From NCBI GenBank assembly GCA_045604385.1, contig JAZUNX010000051.1:1501-65500 (forward strand): a stretch of 64,000 bases of DNA, given 5' to 3'. Under the pieces are notes generated by a model. That model had not been told where the DNA came from and ran no database searches. It was given only the letters and a program-made list of their open reading frames with translations. This document shows, piece after piece, positions 36,926-46,139 of the stretch (its first letter is position 1; each line of letters starts with the position of its first letter). The translations under genes were made by a program, and so were the position numbers. The DNA comes from Acutalibacteraceae bacterium (GTDB lineage Bacteria; Bacillota; Clostridia; Oscillospirales; Acutalibacteraceae).

Positions 36926-38692
36926 ATGGCAAAAACTTTCGAAGTAAAGGGTGACCGCTTTTATCTTGACGGTGAGCCCTTCAATATATATTCGGGTGCT
37001 ATGCACTACTTCCGTACTCTTCCCGAATATTGGGAGGACAGACTTCTTAAACTTAAAACAGCAGGCTTCAATACTGTTGAAACCTATGTGTGCTGGAATC
37101 TCCACGAGCCGAAAAAAGGGGAGTTTGATTTCAGCGGTATGCTCGACATAGTGAAGTTCCTTAAAACAGCACAGAAATTGGGATTATACGCCATTGTAAG
37201 ACCCGGCCCCTACATCTGTGCAGAATGGGAATTCGGCGGTTTTCCCGCCTGGCTTTTGGCTGATAAAAACATTGAGCTTCGCTGTAACAGTGAGACATAT
37301 CTCGGACACGTAAGAGACTATTTTGAAAAGCTTTTTTCACTTCTCATTCCTCAGCTTATCACAAATGGCGGTAACATTATCGCTATGCAGATTGAAAATG
37401 AGTACGGAAGCTACGGAAACGATAAAAAGTATCTCAAATCCCTCGAAAAGATGTACGATGAACTCGGAATTGATGTGCTGAAATTCACCTCTGACGGTAC
37501 CTGGTGCAATATGCTTTCAGGCGGTACGATTGAAGGTGTTCTTCCCACTCTTAATTTCGGCTCCCGTACAGCTACGGCATTCAATGCTCTTGAGCCCTTC
37601 GGTAAGGTGCCGAAAATGTGTATGGAGTTTTGGTGCGGTTGGTTTGACCATTGGGGCGAAAAGCATCATACAAGAGGGGCAGACAGTACCCTCAAGGAAA
37701 TTGAGGAATTCTTAAAGCAGGATGCCTCTTTCAATATGTATATGTTTCACGGCGGCACTAACTTCGGCTTTAATGCAGGTGCTAATCACCGCGGCAAATA
37801 TCAGCCTACTGTTACAAGCTACGATTACTGCGCACCTCTTACAGAGTGGGGCGATTATACGGAAACTTATCATAAGATAAGAAAGCTCCTTTGCGAAAAG
37901 CAGGGTATTCCCATGGATGAGCTTCCTCCTTCACCGACTATGCAGAATATCGGTCAGGTAAAGCTTACTGAAAAGGCAGATCTTTTTGAAAATCTTGACC
38001 GCATTTCCGTAAAACACGAATCGGCACTTCCGAAAAATATGGAAGCTTACGGACAGAATTACGGACTTATTTACTATCACACAAAAATCAAAGGTAAATA
38101 TGATGCGGGCTTCCTCGGCATAGAAAATGTTCACGATTATGCCCACGTTTATTTCGACAAAAAGAAAATTGCCACCATTGACCGAATGAAGGAAGGCTCT
38201 TTCTTTAACAAGCTTAAACTGAAAAAACAGCTCTTTATCAAGGGCGTTTCAGAGGAAAGTGAGCTTGGTATTCTTGTCGATACAATGGGCAGAGTTAACT
38301 ACGGCTTTGACCTTTATGACCGCAAGGGTATATCAAAGGTAACTCTTGCAAACCAGGTTATAATGGACTATGACGTTTACAGCATCCCCCTTGATAATCT
38401 CTCAAATCTTGAATTTACCGCCAATGAGGGCAAGACAGCCACAGGCCCCGTCTTCCTTAAGGGTAGCTTCAAGGCGGGAAAAGGGGACTGCTTTGTCAAT
38501 ATGAACGGTTTTACAAAGGGATATGTTTTTGTGAACGGCTTTAATCTCGGCAGATATTGGTCAATCGGCCCCCAAAAAGCCTTATATTTACCCGGCTCTC
38601 TTCTTAAAGAAGATAACGAAATAATCGTCTTCGAAACAGAAAACTGCAAAACCGACAGTATAACAATTCAGTCGGAGCCTATGCTTGGTTAA
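36926..38692 (+). CDS. GH35 beta-galactosidase
   Basis: FYLDGEPFNIYSGAMHYFR and MQIENEYGSYG (acid/base NEY) motifs. 588 aa. No signal peptide. Confidence 0.85.
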   Translation: MAKTFEVKGDRFYLDGEPFNIYSGAMHYFRTLPEYWEDRLLKLKTAGFNTVETYVCWNLHEPKKGEFDFSGMLDIVKFLKTAQKLGLYAIVRPGPYICAEWEFGGFPAWLLADKNIELRCNSETYLGHVRDYFEKLFSLLIPQLITNGGNIIAMQIENEYGSYGNDKKYLKSLEKMYDELGIDVLKFTSDGTWCNMLSGGTIEGVLPTLNFGSRTATAFNALEPFGKVPKMCMEFWCGWFDHWGEKHHTRGADSTLKEIEEFLKQDASFNMYMFHGGTNFGFNAGANHRGKYQPTVTSYDYCAPLTEWGDYTETYHKIRKLLCEKQGIPMDELPPSPTMQNIGQVKLTEKADLFENLDRISVKHESALPKNMEAYGQNYGLIYYHTKIKGKYDAGFLGIENVHDYAHVYFDKKKIATIDRMKEGSFFNKLKLKKQLFIKGVSEESELGILVDTMGRVNYGFDLYDRKGISKVTLANQVIMDYDVYSIPLDNLSNLEFTANEGKTATGPVFLKGSFKAGKGDCFVNMNGFTKGYVFVNGFNLGRYWSIGPQKALYLPGSLLKEDNEIIVFETENCKTDSITIQSEPMLG

Positions 38693-38700
38693 TAAAGAAG

Positions 38701-38728
38701 AAAACAGCTTCAAACGAGGCTGTTTTTT
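38701..38728 (+). terminator. Rho-independent terminator
   Basis: AACAGCTTC-AAAC-GAGGCTGTT followed by TTTTT. Confidence 0.6.
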
Positions 38729-38797
38729 TGCTTTTCTGTTGAACTTTTAACTCTTATGTGAGATAATAAAAACACAATATTCGGAAGGATCGATTTT

Positions 38798-39775
38798 ATG
38801 GATAAATTCAGATGGTGTTTTATCGGTACGGGAGGCCTTGCCTGCCAGGTTGCCTCGCAGCTTAACAAAAGCGGCAGACATGAAATAGTTTCCTGCTATA
38901 CAAGGAGCTTTGAAAAAGGTCTCGCCTTCGCTGAAAAGTACGGCGGAAAAGCCTATGACACACCTGAAAAGGCAATTAGTGCCGAAGGAGTGGAGGGCGT
39001 TTATATAGTCACACCTCATAATGCCCATTACCGATATGCAAAGCTTTCTCTCGAGCTCGGCAAGCCTGTTTTCTGCGAAAAAGCCTTCACCGTTACCGCG
39101 AAGGAAACGGAAGCGCTTATAAGCCTTGCCCGTGAAAAGAACCTCTATCTGTGTGAGGCCATGTGGACATGGTTTTCGCCCTCGGCAAATATGACAAAGA
39201 AATGGATTGACGAAGGAAAAATCGGTAAAATCAGGTGTGCTTCCTTCAGCTATCATATAAGAACTGTCGGCTATAAAGGCAGACACACCGATCCGAAAAG
39301 GGCAGGCGGCGCTCTTTTGGATATAACTATTTATCCCATAACCTATGCCTACCGTCTTTGGGGTAAGCCTGAAAAGATTGAAAGTAAGGCAAAGCTGAAA
39401 GATGGAATTGACCTTGGTGAAGACATTGTTTTTACATACCCCGACGGATTGAAAGTAAACATCACCGCTTCCATCAATGATTACAGAGGTCTCGAAAAAA
39501 TGTCAATCAAGGGCGACAAGGGAGAAATTAAAGCACCCTTCTACCACGCTATGAACGGAGTTACCTGTAAAACAGGGCTGTTCCGTAAGGATGCCTTCAA
39601 GGGTGACGGACCGAAAATCAATTCCTATCTTGATGAATTTGATGCTGTGGCTGAAGACATCCGTTCAGGCAAAACGGAAAGCAAAATGGTGCCGCTGAAA
39701 GCCACGAAGGATGTTATGGAAATTCTTGACGCAGTCAGAGAACAAATAGGCTTGACATACAATGAGTTAGAATAG
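38798..39775 (+). CDS. Gfo/Idh/MocA family NAD(P)-dependent oxidoreductase
   Basis: N-terminal Rossmann FIGTGGLA and an EKAF consensus segment. 325 aa. Confidence 0.75.
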   Translation: MDKFRWCFIGTGGLACQVASQLNKSGRHEIVSCYTRSFEKGLAFAEKYGGKAYDTPEKAISAEGVEGVYIVTPHNAHYRYAKLSLELGKPVFCEKAFTVTAKETEALISLAREKNLYLCEAMWTWFSPSANMTKKWIDEGKIGKIRCASFSYHIRTVGYKGRHTDPKRAGGALLDITIYPITYAYRLWGKPEKIESKAKLKDGIDLGEDIVFTYPDGLKVNITASINDYRGLEKMSIKGDKGEIKAPFYHAMNGVTCKTGLFRKDAFKGDGPKINSYLDEFDAVAEDIRSGKTESKMVPLKATKDVMEILDAVREQIGLTYNELE

Positions 39776-39860
39776 TTTAACTCACTTATAAAAACATATT
39801 GAAAAGAAAATCATTTCTGCTATAATTAAAGAAAAGATGCTTTGAAAGGAAGAAAACATT

Positions 39861-41180
39861 ATGAAAATTACATTTATGGGCGCAGGCAGTACGGTTTTTG
39901 CCAGAAACGTTATCGGTGACTGTATGTGCAGTGAAGCACTCCGCGACAGTATTTTTGCACTTTATGATATTGACGGTGAGCGTCTCGAAGAAAGCCGTGT
40001 AATTTTGGAGGCTATGAGAAAAGCCAAGGGCGGCTACGGTAAAATTGAATGTTATGTGGGCGTAGAAAACAGAAAGGATGCTTTGCGCGGTGCAAATTTC
40101 GTGGTAAATGCCATACAGGTAGGTCTTTACGACCCCTGCACTATTATCGATTTTGAAATCCCCAAAAAGTACGGCTTAAGACAGACTATCGGTGATACTC
40201 TCGGTATCGGCGGTATTATGCGTACTCTTCGCACTATTCCCGTAATGAAGGATTTTGCCGACGATATGGCAGAGGTATGCCCCGATGCACTTTTTCTCAA
40301 CTACGTAAACCCCATGGCTATGCTCACAGGCTATATGCTCCGCTATACTCCCATCAAAACCGTCGGTCTTTGTCACAGCGTTCAGTGCTGTTCCGATGGA
40401 CTTCTGAAGAAGCTCGGTATGGAGGACAAGCTTGAGGGAAGGAAAGAGCTTATCGCAGGTATCAATCATATGGGCTGGCTTCTTGAAATCAAGGATAAAA
40501 ACGGTGTAGATCTTTATCCGGAAATTAAATCTAAAGTAGACGCTTATATGGCTAAAGCTGATGCAGACGATAAGGTAAGAATGGACTATATCAAAAACTT
40601 CGGCTATTACTGCACCGAATCAAGTGAGCATAACGCCGAATATAATATGTTCTACATAAAATCAAAATATCCCGAGCTTATCGAAAGATACAACATTCCT
40701 TTGGACGAATATCCCCGCCGCTGTGTAAATCAGATTGAAAAGTGGAAGAAGGACTATGCGGAAATGCTTGAAAAGGGTGTCAAGGAACACGAGCGTTCAA
40801 ACGAATACGCTTCCAGAATTATGGAGGCTATAGTAACAGGCGTACCCTATGAAATCGGTGGTAACGTACTTAATACGGGTCATCTTATTACTAATCTTCC
40901 CGAAAATGCCTGTGTTGAAGTACCTTGTCTCGTTAACGGCTACGGTGTTCATCCCTGTCACGTAGGTGATCTTCCCGTTCAGTGTGCCGCCATGAATATG
41001 ACTAACATCAATGTTCAGCTTCTCACCATCGAAGCGGCTGTAACGGGCAAAAAGGAGCATATTTATCAGGCTGCTATGCTTGACCCACACACAGGTAGTG
41101 AGCTTGATGTTGATACAATCAAGAAAATGGTTGATGACCTTCTTGAAGCACATAAAGGCTGGGTACCCGAATTTAAATAA
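39861..41180 (+). CDS. GH4 NAD+/Mn2+-dependent glycosidase (alpha-galactosidase/alpha-glucosidase type)
   Basis: MKITFMGAGSTVFARN Rossmann start. VGLCHSVQ catalytic Cys-His context. 439 aa. Confidence 0.8.
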   Translation: MKITFMGAGSTVFARNVIGDCMCSEALRDSIFALYDIDGERLEESRVILEAMRKAKGGYGKIECYVGVENRKDALRGANFVVNAIQVGLYDPCTIIDFEIPKKYGLRQTIGDTLGIGGIMRTLRTIPVMKDFADDMAEVCPDALFLNYVNPMAMLTGYMLRYTPIKTVGLCHSVQCCSDGLLKKLGMEDKLEGRKELIAGINHMGWLLEIKDKNGVDLYPEIKSKVDAYMAKADADDKVRMDYIKNFGYYCTESSEHNAEYNMFYIKSKYPELIERYNIPLDEYPRRCVNQIEKWKKDYAEMLEKGVKEHERSNEYASRIMEAIVTGVPYEIGGNVLNTGHLITNLPENACVEVPCLVNGYGVHPCHVGDLPVQCAAMNMTNINVQLLTIEAAVTGKKEHIYQAAMLDPHTGSELDVDTIKKMVDDLLEAHKGWVPEFK

Positions 41181-41206
41181 AAACATTCTTTGAAAGGATG
41201 ATAAAA

Positions 41207-42469
41207 ATGAAGACTATATCTGTTATAGGTCTCGGTAACCGCGGTACGGAGTATATGGGATTTATCAAGGGCTTTCATTCAAAAAAAGCGCGCATAGTCG
41301 CTTTATGCGATATAAGACAGCAGGCTCTTGACGATATTTCACCTTTATTTGATATTCCCAAAGAAAAGCAGTTTCTTTCTACTGATGATTTCTTTTCAAA
41401 GGGTGTAATTTCCGATGCACTTATAATCACAACTCAGGATGCAAGTCATTTTGAAATAACCAAAGCCGCCATTGAGACAGGTTACAAATATATCCTTTTG
41501 GAAAAGCCTGTAAGCGGTGTAAAGGATGAATACAGACTTCTCCGTGATATGGCGGAGGCAAACGGCGTAATCCTCATTATCTGTCACGTACTCCGTTATT
41601 CTAACTATTACAGCAAAATTAAAGAGATTATCGAAAGCGGTAAGATAGGTGACATTGTCTCAATTAATCATACGGAAAATGTCGGCTATTTCCATTTTGC
41701 CCATAGCTTTGTAAGAGGTAACTGGAGAGACGAATTTACTTCCACACCCTCCATCCTTGCCAAATGCTGTCACGATATTGACCTTATTGCCTGGTTTGTT
41801 GATTCTCCCTGTGTTTCTGTAAGCTCTGTGGGTGATGTTAAGTATTTCCGCAAGGAAAACGCACCCGAGGGTGCCGCAGAAAGATGTCTTGGAGGATGTA
41901 AGGCAAAGAAAAACTGTCCCTATGATGCAGAGGCATTCTATATAACAGACCCCTTTTATAAGGCAAAATTCATCAAGCGTATGAAGCGTACCCTTACGGG
42001 AAAAACGAAAAACAGCAAACAGGATATTGTAGATGCACTGAAATACGGCGACTACGGAAAATGTGTTTTTCTTAACGACAATAACGTCTGCGACCATCAG
42101 CTTGTTACGATGAAGTTTGAAAACGGAGCAGTTGCTGTCCTTAATCTTAACGGCCTTTCACAGAAAATGTTCCGTGAATGTCATATCGTCGGAACAAAGG
42201 GCGAGCTTATCGGTTACGGCACAAAGCTTAAAATGAACATCTTCGGCGGAAAATCTTCCACAGTATGGACAGGCAGTCCCGCCATAAGCGGTCACGTTGA
42301 GGGTGATATAAGGCTTATTTCGGGCTTTATAAAAATCCTTTGCGGTGAAAGAAAAGACCTGAAGAATGTCACCACCATTGATGCCACGGTAATCAGTCAC
42401 GATATTGCCGTAGCGGCAGAAAATTCCCGCAAAAAGGGTGGAGAAAAAGTCTTTGTTGACTCTATATAA
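41207..42469 (+). CDS. Gfo/Idh/MocA family oxidoreductase (long form with a Cys-rich insert)
   Basis: MKTISVIGLGNRG Rossmann motif. EKP motif (LLEKPVSG). The ATG at 41207 has better RBS spacing than 41198. Confidence 0.7.
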   Translation: MKTISVIGLGNRGTEYMGFIKGFHSKKARIVALCDIRQQALDDISPLFDIPKEKQFLSTDDFFSKGVISDALIITTQDASHFEITKAAIETGYKYILLEKPVSGVKDEYRLLRDMAEANGVILIICHVLRYSNYYSKIKEIIESGKIGDIVSINHTENVGYFHFAHSFVRGNWRDEFTSTPSILAKCCHDIDLIAWFVDSPCVSVSSVGDVKYFRKENAPEGAAERCLGGCKAKKNCPYDAEAFYITDPFYKAKFIKRMKRTLTGKTKNSKQDIVDALKYGDYGKCVFLNDNNVCDHQLVTMKFENGAVAVLNLNGLSQKMFRECHIVGTKGELIGYGTKLKMNIFGGKSSTVWTGSPAISGHVEGDIRLISGFIKILCGERKDLKNVTTIDATVISHDIAVAAENSRKKGGEKVFVDSI

Positions 42470-42472
42470 ACT

Positions 42473-42512
42473 AAAACTCCCTTCAGCATCAAAACTGAAG
42501 GGAGTAATTTTA
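42473..42512. terminator. Bidirectional terminator between convergent operons
   Basis: AAAACTCCCTTCAG ... CTGAAGGGAGT flanked by A and T runs. Confidence 0.7.
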
Positions 42513-42842
42513 TTATCCGCCTGCGGCAGGTGAGAGGAGCCATACCTCGTCACCCTCGGAGAGCTTCTTTCCTTTTCTCATACAGCGCTCACCGTTGACA
42601 TAAACCACAGCATCCTTGAATTCGAGTTTTTCGTGATATTCGAGGGCGGGGTTTTTCGGCTTGATATATTTGACATTAGGATCGTTTTTCATACGCTCAA
42701 GCTCTTCCTTGTCTTCCTTGTACCCCTGAGCCATTCTCCATGAAATAGCTTCAAAAATGTCGTTTACTGTTTTTGCTTCGGTTTCAAGATAGCTGAAGCC
42801 TGTCGTTGTACGGATAACACCGAAAATTTTAACCTTTACCAT
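42513..42842 (-). CDS. MoaD/ThiS-family ubiquitin-like protein ending in Gly-Gly, with a large internal insertion
   Basis: MVKVKIFGV...EGDEVWLLSPAAGG*. Start at 42842 with AGGAGG 9 nt upstream, overlapping the AOR 3' end by 14 nt. About 109 aa, versus about 80 for typical MoaD. Confidence 0.7.
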   Translation of the reverse strand: MVKVKIFGVIRTTTGFSYLETEAKTVNDIFEAISWRMAQGYKEDKEELERMKNDPNVKYIKPKNPALEYHEKLEFKDAVVYVNGERCMRKGKKLSEGDEVWLLSPAAGG

Positions 42843-44763
42843 AAGGATATACCTCCTTTGCACATTCGGGAAGCTTAATGCCTAATCTTTTAATCATTCG
42901 CATAGTAGGCGCACCGTTTTTCCAGCCGCGGATTATGTAATAGCTCTTTTTCATTTTATCGAGAGGCACCTTTGTCTTTTTGTTACCGGGTACCTGTTCT
43001 TCATCTGTGAGACGCTTGGGCAGAGTATCTGTATCCTTACCTACAGGAAGACCTAAAATAATGTTGCACACTCTTTCTACATTGTATCCGTAAGAGCCTG
43101 TCTTGATGAAGGTACCCATGGTGTACTTCGAGCCTGTAGCCGCATTAAGCGCTCTCGGATACTGAATAAGAGGAGCATTGAAGGCAAGAATATCGGGATA
43201 CTGCATACCTATGTAAAGAATGGGAGTTATGAATTTGAAAACCTGCTGTACTGCTCTGGTGAGCAAGCTTGTTGGCTTTGCAACAATAAACCAGGGGAGA
43301 ATCGCATAAGAGGTGAACACACAGCAGCCTGCCGCAGAAGCAGCCTCCATGGTGTTCTGGAACATAATTGAAAGGCTTGCCTTTCCCTTGGCGGTGTAGG
43401 AGTTCATATTGAGGCCGAGACCTTCCAAAACGACCATATAGCCTGCATTGAGATGGCAACCGCCGCGGTTTGAGGTAGCGTAACCGAGTCCCTGACCTAC
43501 GGCTCCTCTCGGTTCGTAAGCGGCAAGCTCCATACCCTTTGCGTGAATGGCAAATTCCTTTCCTCCGAATTTTTCACTCATACGCTTGGTGCCGTCTGCG
43601 AGAATGTCACCGATGCCCTCTCTGTGGGCGATAAGCCTGAATACCTCGCTTATGTTATCAGTCTTGCCGAATTCGAGACCGCTGTCCCACATTCCTTTTT
43701 CATTCAGCTCCATCGCAAAAGCAATCGAGCCTGCACAGGAAATGGTGTCCATACCAAGCTCGTCAAGCTCATAGTTCCAACGGAGAATTTTTTCTATATC
43801 GTCGTTGAGAATGTTGGGGCCAAAAAGACCGAGTGTTTCGAGTTCGGGACCCTTAACATTTTTTCCGTCGATCTTTACACGCCTTTCACAGCGCATAGGG
43901 CAAGAGTAACAGTTGCCGTTACCTACAAGATGCTTCTCAGCGAGTTCTTCTCCCGATACCTTTTCGAAGGCATCATATCTGCCGTCGCTGAAGTTCTTTG
44001 TAGCGAGAATTCTGTGGGCCTGCATGGGAGCAACGAGGCCTGCTGTACCGAGCTTTGAAAGCTGTGCACCTGTAATAGGATGGCGCAAAAGCTGCATTTT
44101 CCACTGCTCGCTGATTTCGTCGAGCTTTTCTTTGTCGTATATTTCAGGATCATTGGTACCTTTTGCGGTAATAATCTTCAGGTTCTTGTCACCGAAAACG
44201 GCACCAACACCGCCTCTGCCGGCAGTTCTTTCTCCGCTGAAAACGCCTGCATAAAGAACCTTATTTTCACCTGCAGGACCAATTACGAGGGGACTAGCAC
44301 CGCCTTTGAATTGCTTCTGTACTTCACCTGTAAGCATACCCTTCATTTCAGGTACATCGTGGAAGGTGACCTCACTGTCTACGATTTCAATCCAGGTAAG
44401 CTCACTTGCTTTGCCCGTAATAACCATTGCATCCCAACCGGCTTTTTTCAGTCGTCTGCCGAAAGGGCCGCCGCAGTTCGAGGAGGTAAGAATACCCGTA
44501 AGGGGAGAAACCGTGGAAATGTTGAAACGGGTTGACGAGGGAGTTTTGCAGCGGGTAAGAGGTCCGGTAGTGATAACGAGCCAGTTATCCTCGTCGAAGG
44601 CCTTCATACCCGGCCTGATGTGTTGCAGGAGAATGTCTGCTGCCATAATTTTTCCGCCGATTGTCCTTTTTCTGTCCTCGTCTGACCAGGGAAATTTGCT
44701 GTAAGTTTTCTTGGTAAGGTCAATAAAAAGAACCTTTCCCATATAGCCTTTTAAGTTTGTCAT
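42829..44763 (-). CDS. aor: Aldehyde:ferredoxin oxidoreductase (tungstopterin AOR family)
   Basis: 644 aa. N-terminus GKVLFIDLTKKT. [4Fe-4S] motif CYSCPMRC (CxxCxxxC). Overall AOR-family similarity. Confidence 0.9.
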   Translation of the reverse strand: MTNLKGYMGKVLFIDLTKKTYSKFPWSDEDRKRTIGGKIMAADILLQHIRPGMKAFDEDNWLVITTGPLTRCKTPSSTRFNISTVSPLTGILTSSNCGGPFGRRLKKAGWDAMVITGKASELTWIEIVDSEVTFHDVPEMKGMLTGEVQKQFKGGASPLVIGPAGENKVLYAGVFSGERTAGRGGVGAVFGDKNLKIITAKGTNDPEIYDKEKLDEISEQWKMQLLRHPITGAQLSKLGTAGLVAPMQAHRILATKNFSDGRYDAFEKVSGEELAEKHLVGNGNCYSCPMRCERRVKIDGKNVKGPELETLGLFGPNILNDDIEKILRWNYELDELGMDTISCAGSIAFAMELNEKGMWDSGLEFGKTDNISEVFRLIAHREGIGDILADGTKRMSEKFGGKEFAIHAKGMELAAYEPRGAVGQGLGYATSNRGGCHLNAGYMVVLEGLGLNMNSYTAKGKASLSIMFQNTMEAASAAGCCVFTSYAILPWFIVAKPTSLLTRAVQQVFKFITPILYIGMQYPDILAFNAPLIQYPRALNAATGSKYTMGTFIKTGSYGYNVERVCNIILGLPVGKDTDTLPKRLTDEEQVPGNKKTKVPLDKMKKSYYIIRGWKNGAPTMRMIKRLGIKLPECAKEVYPYGKG

Positions 44764-45449
44764 ATTTTCACCTCGGGTGTATTACATATTTTGCATTCAG
44801 AATTAGGTCTTATTTTAAGGGTATCCCATATATTACCGTCGAAAAGAAAAATTTTTCCTGCAGAGCCTTCATCGTTTGAAAGGAGGTATCTTAAGGCGAG
44901 ATTGACCTGCATTGAGCCTATAATTCCTGCAGAGGAGGAAACGGAGCTTCTGACGGAAATGTCGTTTATTATTCCTGCGCAGTCAGGGCAGGGGGATCTG
45001 TCCGGAAGATAGAGGTATGCCGTTCCGTAAAATCCGTCAACACCGCCGAAAACAGAAGGTATTTTTTCTTTGACAGAAAATTCTGCTACGGCTCTTCTGC
45101 CTACAGCATTATCGACACAGCAGAGAATGATGTCGCATTCTTTGGCGAAAGAAAGGTCATCTGCAGACATGATTTTTTTTACTGTGGGAATATATTCGGT
45201 ATCCACTGAATAGTATGACAACCTTTCTTTGAGAATATTGCATTTGAAAAAGCCGCCGTCAATTTTTGTGAAGAGAAACTGACGGTTCAGATTGGAAAGG
45301 CTTACGGTGTCGAAATCGCAGAGATAAAGCTTTTTTACTCCCGCACCCGCCAGATGCACCGCCGCATTTGTGCCGAGTGCACCGCAGCCTACGATACAAA
45401 CGGTTTTATCGTCTATGCAGAAAAGCTGAGTTACATTTTTCAGACTCAA
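44760..45449 (-). CDS. ThiF/MoeB/HesA-family E1-like adenylyltransferase (no rhodanese domain)
   Basis: IVGCGALGTNAAVHLAGAG Rossmann motif, NLNRQFLF, CPDC and CKIC zinc cysteines. 4-nt overlap with aor. Confidence 0.8.
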   Translation of the reverse strand: MSLKNVTQLFCIDDKTVCIVGCGALGTNAAVHLAGAGVKKLYLCDFDTVSLSNLNRQFLFTKIDGGFFKCNILKERLSYYSVDTEYIPTVKKIMSADDLSFAKECDIILCCVDNAVGRRAVAEFSVKEKIPSVFGGVDGFYGTAYLYLPDRSPCPDCAGIINDISVRSSVSSSAGIIGSMQVNLALRYLLSNDEGSAGKIFLFDGNIWDTLKIRPNSECKICNTPEVKI

Positions 45450-45953
45450 TCAATCACCGCCTTTTCCGTAATTCCCGCCGCAGTTAAGAGTGTTACCGCT
45501 TAAAACCTCCACAGCGTGGGAGAGCACGGGAATGACAAATTCCAAAGATTCCCTGACAGCTTTCGGACTTCCGGGAAGATTAATGATAAGTGTGCTTTTC
45601 CTTATGCCGGATACAGCTCTCGAAAGCATAGCCTTGGGAGTTATTTCCATACTCTTCTGTCTTATTCCTTCGGCAATTCCGGGAGCCTCTCTTTCGATTA
45701 CGGCTTTTGTGGCTTCGGGAGTAATATCTCTCGGCGCAAAGCCGGTGCCGCCTGTCGTGAATACCACGTCGGCACCTACATCATCGCAAAGATAAATAAG
45801 AGCCTTTTCTATTTCAGCCTTTTCATCGGGAACGATTATATATTCTTTTGTTTTTCCCGTTGGAGTAAGAAGCTCTTTTATCAGCGGTCCGCTTTTATCT
45901 TCGCAAAGACCCTTTGAACATCTGTCACTGACACATAAAATTGCAAAATTCAA
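45450..45953 (-). CDS. MogA/MoaB-family molybdopterin adenylyltransferase-like protein
   Basis: TTGGTGFAPRDITPEA motif. 167 aa. Confidence 0.8.
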   Translation of the reverse strand: MNFAILCVSDRCSKGLCEDKSGPLIKELLTPTGKTKEYIIVPDEKAEIEKALIYLCDDVGADVVFTTGGTGFAPRDITPEATKAVIEREAPGIAEGIRQKSMEITPKAMLSRAVSGIRKSTLIINLPGSPKAVRESLEFVIPVLSHAVEVLSGNTLNCGGNYGKGGD

Positions 45954-45995
45954 AATTTTATCACTTCCTACTTGAAATATTTTTCTTACTGGTAT

Positions 45996-46024
45996 ATAAT
46001 AGCATAAAGATACAAAATTTACAA
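45996..46024 (-). promoter_or_regulatory. sigma-A promoter of the mog-thiF-aor-moaD operon
   Basis: Minus strand reads TTGTAA, 17 nt spacer, TATTAT, about 40 nt before the ATG at 45953. Confidence 0.5.
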
Positions 46025-46139
46025 CAATTTTTAATAATTTTTATTAATATTTATCAAAATAAATATCTGATTCGGAAGTTAGCGACCAAGTCGCATTAAT
46101 TCATATTCCGACGCGGCGATTTCTAAACATATAAGCATA

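Noticed and set aside
38747-39286. 179-aa minus-strand ORF.
   Set aside because: It is antisense to and fully overlapped by a well-supported Gfo/Idh/MocA gene, has no SD, and has the Cys/Phe-rich composition typical of antisense frames.
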